A DNA stretch of 24,000 bases, from assembly GCF_963510575.1 (NCBI RefSeq), contig NZ_CAUPFR010000006.1:3119-27118 (forward strand), read 5' to 3'. Origin of the DNA: an uncultured Anaerococcus sp. GTDB taxonomy: Bacteria; Bacillota; Clostridia; Tissierellales; Peptoniphilaceae. The notes under the pieces were generated by a model. That model saw only the letters and a program-made list of their open reading frames with translations, did not search any database and was not told where the DNA came from. A program made the translations under genes and the position numbers. Of the stretch, positions 16,849 through 23,549 are shown piece by piece. The stretch's first letter is position 1; each line of letters opens with the position of its first letter.

Positions 16849-17951
16849 AAGAAAAGATTGACCAAATGGTCGACTCCCTAAGAGACGACCTAATTTCGGA
16901 CCTAAGAGAAGTAATAAAAATCCCTAGCAAAAAAGGGGAAGCCACAGCTGATGCTCCCTATGGCCTAGCCTGCAAAAGGGTTTTAGAAAAAATAATCGAA
17001 ATCACTGGCAAAAAGGGTTTTGCCACAAAAAACGTAGACAACCACATGGCTTATTGTTCAATCGGCGAAGGTACTGACTATGTTTGCGCCATGGGCCACC
17101 TAGATGTGGTCGATGAAATGCCGGGTTGGAAATACCCTCCCTTTGCCGGAGAAATCCACGAAAACAGGATGTATTCTAGGGGGGCACTTGACAACAAGGG
17201 CCCAATCATGGCAGCATTTTACGGTCTATATGCCCTAAAGAAATTAGGTGTAAATTTCAACAAGGAATTTAGGATTGTCTTTGGCTCTGATGAAGAAAGT
17301 GGCATGGCAGACCTCAGCTATTATCTAACTAAGGAAAAACCACCTATCATGGGCTTTTCCCCAGACAATAAATTCCCAGCCATCTACGGAGAAAGGGCCA
17401 GAGCTAAGGTCGCCTTAAAAGGAGATTTTGAATGTTTTGAAAATTTCCTAAATAAAAAAATCTTTGCCGGCGACCCAATCAAAAATCTGGCTATAGACAT
17501 CAGTGACCAAGACTTCGGTAGGATGATTTTGAGGGGCAAGAAAATTTTTAGGGATAAAGATGAATATGGTATAGAATTTAGCCTATCCATGCCTATTTGT
17601 GATAAGGATTATGTCCTAAAACAAATCGAGGAAAACGCCCTCGGCCTCAAAGTAAGGCTAATATCCTACGAAGAAGCCTTCCTAGCAGATAAAAATTCTG
17701 CCCTAGTGGAGATTTTAAATGACGCCTACAATGATTATCTAGGGGCAAATGAAAAACCAACCACAACCACAGGCATGACCTACGCCCATTTTTGCCCAAA
17801 TATAATCCCCTTTGGTCCATCATTCCCAGGACAAAACGGGATTGCCCACCTCCCAAACGAATGGATGGACATAGACGATTTGATAAAATGCACAAAAATC
17901 TACGCCTACGCCTTTTATAAAATCAACGAAAATTTCAATAAAGGAGAATAA
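16845..17951 (+). CDS. M20 family metallopeptidase (PepV/Sapep-like dipeptidase, short form)
   Basis: 'GHLDVVDEMPGWKYPPF', 'SRGALDNKGP' and 'FGSDEESG' are M20 metal-ligand motifs. The start overlaps the M42 stop (ATGA). Confidence 0.75.
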   Translation: MKEKIDQMVDSLRDDLISDLREVIKIPSKKGEATADAPYGLACKRVLEKIIEITGKKGFATKNVDNHMAYCSIGEGTDYVCAMGHLDVVDEMPGWKYPPFAGEIHENRMYSRGALDNKGPIMAAFYGLYALKKLGVNFNKEFRIVFGSDEESGMADLSYYLTKEKPPIMGFSPDNKFPAIYGERARAKVALKGDFECFENFLNKKIFAGDPIKNLAIDISDQDFGRMILRGKKIFRDKDEYGIEFSLSMPICDKDYVLKQIEENALGLKVRLISYEEAFLADKNSALVEILNDAYNDYLGANEKPTTTTGMTYAHFCPNIIPFGPSFPGQNGIAHLPNEWMDIDDLIKCTKIYAYAFYKINENFNKGE

Positions 17952-17952
17952 A

Positions 17953-18846
17953 ATGAAAAGATTAATAAGTTCTAATGCCTCAGACCTCTGTGCCTATTCT
18001 GCAAAAGAACTCAAACAAAGTATCAAGGCAAGCGAAGGCAGGACAGTCTGCGCAGAAAATGTTGCCGTCAGAGAAGCCTTCATAGGAGATATAACCGGAG
18101 CAGAAATCGCAAGAGCCTTTGGCGCTGACCTCATCCTCCTAAACGCAGTTGATGTCCTAGAACCAAAGCTTGCCGGCATCGAAAACCAAGCCGATTTTGT
18201 AAATGAACTAAAAAAACTTGTCGGTAGACCAATCGGAGTTAACCTCGAACCTGTAGACCCAAATGCCAAAATGATGGAAAACACCCTAGCTATTTCTAGG
18301 GGCAGGACAGTCAATGAAGACAGTTTGGCTGCCCTAGATAAGCTTGGCATGGACTTCTTGTGCCTAACAGGCAATCCTGGCACAGGAGTTACCAACAAAA
18401 CCATAGCCGAATCCATAAAACTAGCCAAGGAAAATTTCTCAGGCCTCATCATAGCAGGCAAGATGCACTCATCAGGTGTAGACGAACCTGTAACCAGCAA
18501 GGAAACCATAGAGACCTTCATCAAGGCAGGCGCAGATATAATCCTAGTCCCAGCAGTGGGTACAGTTCCAGGCTTTGACAGCGATGATCTCAAAGAAGCT
18601 GTAAAAGTTGCCCACGCCAATGACGCCCTAGTCATGACAGCCATCGGCACCAGCCAAGAAGGATCTAGCAAGGAAACCATCAGACAAATCGCCATAGCCA
18701 ACAAAATCTGTGGCGTAGATATCCAACACATAGGAGATGCCGGCTACGGAGGCCTCGCACCAGTAGAAAACATCTTCGAACTAAGCCTAGCTATCAGAGG
18801 CATCAGACATACTGTTTCTATGGTTGCTAGGTCCGTTAATAGGTGA
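17953..18846 (+). CDS. Uncharacterised protein, predicted (beta/alpha)8 TIM-barrel-like enzyme
   Basis: 297 aa with a regular series of short hydrophobic strand motifs: 'ADLILLNA', 'IGVNLEP', 'DFLCLTGNPGTG', 'LIIAGKMH', 'ADIILVPAVGTVPG', 'LVMTAIGTS', 'VDIQHIGDAG'. Last gene before the terminator. The long antisense ORF 17994-18731 is judged a shadow ORF. Confidence 0.35.
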   Translation: MKRLISSNASDLCAYSAKELKQSIKASEGRTVCAENVAVREAFIGDITGAEIARAFGADLILLNAVDVLEPKLAGIENQADFVNELKKLVGRPIGVNLEPVDPNAKMMENTLAISRGRTVNEDSLAALDKLGMDFLCLTGNPGTGVTNKTIAESIKLAKENFSGLIIAGKMHSSGVDEPVTSKETIETFIKAGADIILVPAVGTVPGFDSDDLKEAVKVAHANDALVMTAIGTSQEGSSKETIRQIAIANKICGVDIQHIGDAGYGGLAPVENIFELSLAIRGIRHTVSMVARSVNR

Positions 18847-18853
18847 GATTTTT

Positions 18854-18893
18854 CCCTAGGTCAATTTTTGATTTAGGGATTTTTTCTTTTTTT
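18854..18893 (+). terminator. Rho-independent terminator ending the PTS operon
   Basis: CCCTAGGTC (18854-18862) pairs with GATTTAGGG (18870-18878), two G-U pairs, then a T-rich run 18880-18893. Confidence 0.65.
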
Positions 18894-18925
18894 GTGGTAC
18901 ACTAAAACCAGAAAGTTGAGGTTTT

Positions 18926-19825
18926 ATGGGTGATTTTGAAAAGGACCTTTACCCTGATTTGGGGCTTGGGGATATTATTGAGATTTTGAGCAAGAAGGAT
19001 GAGGGGCGTTTGGCTTTGGAGGATTATTCTGGATTCGAGGGGGAAGTCTGGTCTGATTTGTCCTATAAAAATGACGGGGATTTTTACCATAATTTTGATA
19101 TTTATTATGGGAAATCTTTTGGAAATCTCCTCCCTACTGTGATTTATGTCCACGGTGGTGGCCTGGTTTATGGGACTAAGGAAGTTTGCAAAGCCGCCTG
19201 CCTAAGGCTGGCTAGTTTGGGTTTTAATGTAGCAAATATCAATTACAGACTCCTTCCTCATGTGACCCTGAGGGACCAAATCAAGGACGTCCTCGACGGT
19301 CTTACCTATATTTACGAAAATGCTCGCAGGTTTAATCTTGATCCCGACAAGATTTTTCTGACTTCCGATTCGGCTGGTTCTTTTCTAAGCCTTGCGGCTT
19401 TTGCCCTTATGAATGATGTAAATTTCGGGGAAATTTTTGGCATCCCTGCCAAAGACATTGATATCTCAGGTATGGCTTTGATTTCACCTATGACTGGCCT
19501 TTTAAAATCCGGTTCTCTTTCCCTCATAAATGAGCCTGCAAGATGTGGCCTTAGCAAGGACCAAGTCCCCTTTACAGATAATATCCTAAAGGCTCTTGCC
19601 ATTTTGCCTCCAACTTTGATTACCACTAGCGAGGAAGATTTTATCAGAGACCAGGCTCTCGATTTAAAAAAATTCCTAGCCGTAAAAGACCTGCCCCATC
19701 TTATATTAGATTTCAAAAAAACTCCTACACACCATCTAGGCCACAGCTTTGCCATCTCCCACCCAGACCTTGGCGAAAGTGGGCAAGTTTTTGTGGAAAT
19801 TAGGGATTTTTTCAAGAAATACTAA
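18926..19825 (+). CDS. Alpha/beta hydrolase, hormone-sensitive-lipase-like (family IV) esterase
   Basis: Oxyanion motif 'VIYVHGGGLVYG' (HGGG) and nucleophile elbow 'LTSDSAGS' (GDSAG-like). RBS GAGG 6 nt upstream. Confidence 0.75.
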   Translation: MGDFEKDLYPDLGLGDIIEILSKKDEGRLALEDYSGFEGEVWSDLSYKNDGDFYHNFDIYYGKSFGNLLPTVIYVHGGGLVYGTKEVCKAACLRLASLGFNVANINYRLLPHVTLRDQIKDVLDGLTYIYENARRFNLDPDKIFLTSDSAGSFLSLAAFALMNDVNFGEIFGIPAKDIDISGMALISPMTGLLKSGSLSLINEPARCGLSKDQVPFTDNILKALAILPPTLITTSEEDFIRDQALDLKKFLAVKDLPHLILDFKKTPTHHLGHSFAISHPDLGESGQVFVEIRDFFKKY

Positions 19826-19898
19826 GAAAATCATAAGGAAAAAATTCGTCATTCCAACAGACCGTCCGGAGAATGGGACGGGAAACCAATCGGATGTG

Positions 19899-19926
19899 GA
19901 CCCTGCACATGAGGGTCTCTTTTTTT
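19899..19926 (+). terminator. Rho-independent terminator after the esterase gene
   Basis: GACCCT (19899-19904) pairs with AGGGTC (19912-19917), then TC + T6. Preceded by a second hairpin, CCGTCC/GGACGG (19862-19881). Confidence 0.6.
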
Positions 19927-19982
19927 GTGGAGAAAAATTTTTTTGGGTAAAAATACTATATAAAATGCAAAGGAAGGCTCAT

Positions 19983-21461
19983 ATGACAAATACAATTTCT
20001 ACTGGCAAAAAATTTCAATTTCAAGACTTCAAGAGGGCAGACCTTGCCAACAAGCTTGGCAGGATGGCGAGGATTTGCTCTGATCTTAATATTCCAATTT
20101 TAATCATAGTTGACGGTTGGGAATCATCCGGCAGGGGCTTTGTCATCAAGGACCTGACCCGAGACTTCGCAGCCAAGGACTTTGACGTAGCTGTACCCGA
20201 CAAGGACGATAGTTGGGACAAATCCTACCCCTTTATCAGGAAATTTTGGGTAAATATCCCCAAAAAAGGCAAGGTCAAACTCTTTGACAGATCTTTTTAC
20301 TACAAGCTTTTTGAAAACCTAACCCTATCCGAAAAGGAAATAGCAACAAAAATCGCCTCCATCAAAAATACGGAAAAGGCCCTTTTTGACGACCAAACCA
20401 TCATCATAAAATTTTTCCTCAATATAGACAAGGACGTGCAAAAGGAGAGGATAAAAGAACTCAGAAACTCCATCAAGAAAAATTTCTATATAGACGGGAT
20501 GGACGATGCCCAACAGACCTCCTACCCAGCCTACGAAACCCACTTCAAAAAACTCCTAAAAGCCACCGACTTCCCCTACGCCCCATGGGACATAATCGAC
20601 TCCAACGATAGGAAAGCCGCCTCCAAAGAAGCCCTGGGCATAGCCATAGACAGGCTCAGCCAAGGCATAGAAAGAGTCATCAGACAAAGAAAGGAAAATG
20701 AAAACACCCAGAGATCCTACAAAAAAACCAAATCAATCCTCAAAAAACTCGACCTAAACAAAACCATAGACGAAGAAACCTACCAAGCAAAAAAGAAAAA
20801 ACTCCAAAAACAAGTCGCAGACCTCATGTACCAATACTACGAAAAAGGCATCAGCCAAGTCCTAGTCTTTGAAGGAGTAGACGCAGCCGGCAAAGACGGT
20901 GCCATAGAAAGACTCATCAAAGAAGTCGACCCTAGACTTTACACAGTCTACGGAATCTCCGCCCCATCAAAAGAAGAACTAGACCGCAACTATCTATGGA
21001 GATTTTATAGCAAACTCCCAAAAGACGGCTACGTCTCAATCTTCTCCCGCTCTTGGTATGGCAGGGTCATGGTCGAAAGAGTCGAAGGCTACGCCAAAGT
21101 CAATGAATGGGACAGGGCCTACGGAGAAATCACCAACATGGAAAAGGAAATCACCGACCACGGCAGTCTAGTCATCAAATTTTTCCTCACCATAGACAAG
21201 GACGAACAGCTAAAACGCTTTGAAGACAGGGAGAGAAATCCAGATAAGCAATACAAAATCACCGACGAAGACTGGCGCAACAGGCAAAAATGGGACGCCT
21301 ACCAGGAAGCCATGGACGAAATGCTAATAAGGACCAATTACAATCCCTGGGTCATAGTCGCCACCAACCAAAAAAAATATGCCAGAATCAAAGTCATGGA
21401 AGAATATATAAGACTAGCCAAAGACCATCTGGAAAAAATCCACCAAAAAACTCGAGCCTAA
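19983..21461 (+). CDS. ppk2: Two-domain polyphosphate kinase 2 family protein (polyphosphate:AMP/NMP phosphotransferase-like)
   Basis: Start set at ATG 19983 (MTNTIST...), which follows the RBS AAGGAAGG. The C-terminal domain is canonical ('VFEGVDAAGKDGAI', 'FSRSWYGRV'). The N-terminal domain is PPK2-like with a variant P-loop ('VDGWESSGRGFVI', 'FDRSFYYKL'). The upstream 78 codons of the track ORF overlap the esterase gene and terminator. Confidence 0.8.
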   Translation: MTNTISTGKKFQFQDFKRADLANKLGRMARICSDLNIPILIIVDGWESSGRGFVIKDLTRDFAAKDFDVAVPDKDDSWDKSYPFIRKFWVNIPKKGKVKLFDRSFYYKLFENLTLSEKEIATKIASIKNTEKALFDDQTIIIKFFLNIDKDVQKERIKELRNSIKKNFYIDGMDDAQQTSYPAYETHFKKLLKATDFPYAPWDIIDSNDRKAASKEALGIAIDRLSQGIERVIRQRKENENTQRSYKKTKSILKKLDLNKTIDEETYQAKKKKLQKQVADLMYQYYEKGISQVLVFEGVDAAGKDGAIERLIKEVDPRLYTVYGISAPSKEELDRNYLWRFYSKLPKDGYVSIFSRSWYGRVMVERVEGYAKVNEWDRAYGEITNMEKEITDHGSLVIKFFLTIDKDEQLKRFEDRERNPDKQYKITDEDWRNRQKWDAYQEAMDEMLIRTNYNPWVIVATNQKKYARIKVMEEYIRLAKDHLEKIHQKTRA

Positions 21462-21472
21462 GCTCGAGTTTT
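21447..21472. terminator. Hairpin terminator overlapping the ppk2 stop codon
   Basis: AAAACTCGAGC (21447-21457) pairs with GCTCGAGTTTT (21462-21472), loop CTAA. A-run and T-run flanks allow function in both directions. Confidence 0.6.
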
Positions 21473-21540
21473 GTAGTCAGATAAATTTGCGCAAATTATT
21501 TGTTGTAGGTTCGCCCTACATCACAAGCTAGTTAATTACT

Positions 21541-22728
21541 CTAGTTGTTTTTCTTTCTGGTTGCAACAATGCCAGCCATTGAGATAGCAAGTGTTGAAAG
21601 AACTGGAGCTACGCTTTCAAGACCAGTCTTTGGATTCTTGCGACCAGCTTGACGAGCAGGAGCTTGTTTCTTGTTTTCTGCTTCTACTACTTTTTTCTTG
21701 TTTTCTTTAGCTTTAGATTTTTCTTTAACTTCTGTAGTTTCTTTTTCTTTAGCTTCTTTTTCAGTTTCTACTTCTTTGCTTTCTTCTAGTTTAGGAAGAG
21801 TAACTTCTTCGTCAACCTTACCAGGTTTGATTAATGGGTATTCATAATCATAAGATGGAACTGGTTTAACATCTGGTTTAACATCTGGTTTAACATCTGG
21901 TTTCTTTTCTTCTTTTTCATTTATTTCTGGAACAAAGTAGTAATTATTATTTAAACCCTTCATAATTCTGAAAGAATTGAATTCAGGGTGTTTTTTAAGA
22001 TATGCTTTAGCTGCAATTTCAGCTTGTTCTCTACTGATGTATCCATCTTCAGAGTTTTTCTTGATTAGATAATCATCTATTGTAGTAGTTTTTTTATCTT
22101 TTTTTTCTACCTTCTTATCATCTTTTTGATTTTCAAGCCATTCATCAATTGTGACAAGTTTGTTCTTTTTGTTATATTCATCAATAGTCATTGAATTAGA
22201 CTTAAATTGATTTAGAAGCTTTTCTTTCATTTGATCTACATCATAAACAGAATCTAAGCCTTCAAGTCTTTTTAATACTTTTTCATTTTTAAGACCAGCT
22301 TTTCTCAATTCTTCTTTAGCTTTTTTAACTTCTGCTTCTATTAATGGAGCAACTCTTTCTTTTTCTTCTTTAGCTTTTCTAGCATCATCTTTTTCTTTAA
22401 ATGCTTTTTCTGCTTCTTTTACAGCTTTATCAGCATTAGTAACTTTAGTTTGTGCATTAGTTACAGCTTGTTTTGCTTGTTCTATAGCCGCATCATTATT
22501 TTCTTTTTTTTCTTCTTCAGCTTGTTTTGCTTTTGCATCAGCTAAATCTTTATTAGCTTTTTCCAAATCTTTTTTAGCTGCTTGAACATCTTGATCAAGA
22601 TCATAAAGTGTCTTTTCTGCTGGTGCTGGAGCAGCTGGTTGATTTCCTGCATCTTGAGCATGGGCAACACCACCTGAAAGGATAAGACCTGCAGATAAGG
22701 CAACTGCTAGTATTCTATTTGTTTTCAT
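21541..22728 (-). CDS. Cell-wall-anchored surface protein: signal peptide, Ala/Lys/Glu-rich coiled coil, GA-module-like segment, KPDV repeats, NPKTG sorting signal
   Basis: Signal peptide 'MKTNRILAVALSAGLILSGGVAHA'. The C-terminus 'NPKTG-LESVAPVLSTLAISMAGIVA-TRKKNN' gives a sortase motif, a hydrophobic span and a basic tail. RBS GGAGAT. Confidence 0.8.
   Translation of the reverse strand: MKTNRILAVALSAGLILSGGVAHAQDAGNQPAAPAPAEKTLYDLDQDVQAAKKDLEKANKDLADAKAKQAEEEKKENNDAAIEQAKQAVTNAQTKVTNADKAVKEAEKAFKEKDDARKAKEEKERVAPLIEAEVKKAKEELRKAGLKNEKVLKRLEGLDSVYDVDQMKEKLLNQFKSNSMTIDEYNKKNKLVTIDEWLENQKDDKKVEKKDKKTTTIDDYLIKKNSEDGYISREQAEIAAKAYLKKHPEFNSFRIMKGLNNNYYFVPEINEKEEKKPDVKPDVKPDVKPVPSYDYEYPLIKPGKVDEEVTLPKLEESKEVETEKEAKEKETTEVKEKSKAKENKKKVVEAENKKQAPARQAGRKNPKTGLESVAPVLSTLAISMAGIVATRKKNN
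21861..21903 (-). repeat. 12-bp tandem repeat (3.6 copies) encoding (KPDV)n inside the surface protein gene
   Basis: CTGGTTTAACAT occurs three times, plus a partial copy CTGGTTT. All copies are identical. Confidence 0.9.
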
Positions 22729-22781
22729 AATAATATCTCCTATATTTTTAATTTGTTATTCTATGCTATCTGACTAAATAT

Positions 22782-22810
22782 ATTATATGACATTTTGAGG
22801 ATTTTTTCAA
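22782..22810 (-). promoter_or_regulatory. Sigma-A type promoter of the surface protein gene
   Basis: On the minus strand: TTGAAA (22805-22810), 17-nt spacer, TATAAT (22782-22787). Confidence 0.55.
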
Positions 22811-22894
22811 ATAATATGTAGAAATTTTGTGCTTTTTGTAAAAAATTTTGTGGGTAGGAAATATTTTTACAGGTCATAAAGAAAAAAATCAGAA

Positions 22895-23087
22895 TGACAC
22901 CCCACCGCTATTCCGAGGAAACTGGAGAAATCTCTCGCCATCAACTCCCCCTCGTCTCGAGCGAGCGGAGAACAAGCCCGTCGGCTCGGGGAGACTGGAG
23001 AGACCTCTTGCTATCAACTCCCCCCTCGCTTCGACCGAGCGGAGAACAAGCCCGTCGGCTCGGGGAGACTGGAGAAGTCTCTTTCCA
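22895..23087 (-). repeat. Three head-to-tail copies of the GC-rich repeat core (reverse orientation): 22895-22940, 22941-23013, 23014-23087
   Basis: Units 2 and 3 are 73 and 74 bp and mismatch at only a handful of positions (by-eye alignment). Read on the minus strand, each unit contains 'AGAGnnnTCTCCA', a hairpin insert and 'TCGARRCGAGGGG' (the last block is degenerate in unit 1). Confidence 0.85.
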
Positions 23088-23141
23088 TTTTTATAAAGCA
23101 AATATGGTAAAGGTGTCATGACCACCTAAAATCAAGAATAA

Positions 23142-23235
23142 TTTTACAACAAAATCCCAAGTCCATACCAGGGCCAATCCTAATTTGGTCCAGAGGTTTC
23201 TCCACTTCGGTCGAAACGAGGGTGGTGGGTTTGAG
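23142..23235 (+). repeat. Repeat copy A1: left arm plus core (short hairpin variant)
   Basis: 'TTTTACAACAAAATCCCAAGTCCATACCAGGGCCAATCCTAATTTGGTCCAGAGGTTTCTCCA-CTTCGG-TCGAAACGAGGGTGGTGG'. Confidence 0.85.
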
Positions 23236-23293
23236 TTTGCTTTGAAGATTAAAATTGCTGTTATTTTGAAAATTAATTTCTTTTATAAAAGTG

Positions 23294-23398
23294 AAATCCC
23301 AAGTCCCGACCAGAGCCAATCCTTAGTTGGTCCAGAGATTTCTCCATGCGTTCGTTTCACTCACTTAGTCGAAACGAGGGGTGTGGTGTCGGGATTTG
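23294..23398 (+). repeat. Repeat copy A2: left arm plus core (7-bp stem insert)
   Basis: 'AAATCCCAAGTCCCGACCAGAGCCAATCCTTAGTTGGTCCAGAGATTTCTCCA...TCGTTTC/GAAACGA...GGGGTGTGGTGTCGGGATTT'. The ends are partly complementary (TCCCGAC/GTCGGGA). Confidence 0.85.
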
Positions 23399-23454
23399 TT
23401 CACCTCCCCCCCTCGTCTCGACCGAGCGTAAGCGAGTGGAGAGATCTCTCGCCA
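23399..23454 (-). repeat. Repeat core R3 (reverse orientation), abutting A2
   Basis: The reverse complement reads 'GGCGAGAGATCTCTCCA-CTCGCTTACGCTCGG-TCGAGACGAGGGGGGGAGGTG', colinear with the A2 core. Contains the perfect 12-nt palindrome GAGAGATCTCTC (23439-23450). Confidence 0.8.
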
Positions 23455-23508
23455 CCTTTATATAATTTATATGGTAAAGGTGTCAAGTTATTTTAAAAGC
23501 AAGGTTCA

Positions 23509-23549
23509 TTTTACAAACAAAATCCCAAGTCCCTACCCCAACAATCCCC
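23509..23549 (+). repeat. Repeat copy A3: left arm only (truncated), overlapping the 3' end of the GIY-YIG gene
   Basis: 'ATTTTACAAACAAAATCCCAAGTCCCTACCCCAACAATCC' matches the A1/A2/A4 left arms, then similarity stops. The GIY-YIG stop codon (23533-23535) lies inside it. Confidence 0.7.

Noticed and set aside
17994-18731. 245-aa antisense ORF inside the last operon gene (also 16386-16865, 159 aa; 19312-19815, 167 aa; 8189-8545, 118 aa)
   Set aside because: These are shadow ORFs opposite genes with strong family signatures or operon coupling. Their products are Ser/Leu/Pro-rich with no recognisable motifs and no RBS.
21484-21497. Perfect 14-nt palindrome AATTTGCGCAAATT in the convergent ppk2 / surface-protein spacer, possibly an operator
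   Set aside because: It lies downstream of both genes, so there is no promoter to regulate. Together with the hairpin TGTAGG/CCTACA (21504-21520) it is more likely part of the weak terminator region for the minus-strand gene.
22895-23454. CRISPR array?
   Set aside because: The repeats are not of uniform length and are not separated by unique spacers of regular size. Copies occur in both orientations, units abut directly, and there are no cas genes in the window.
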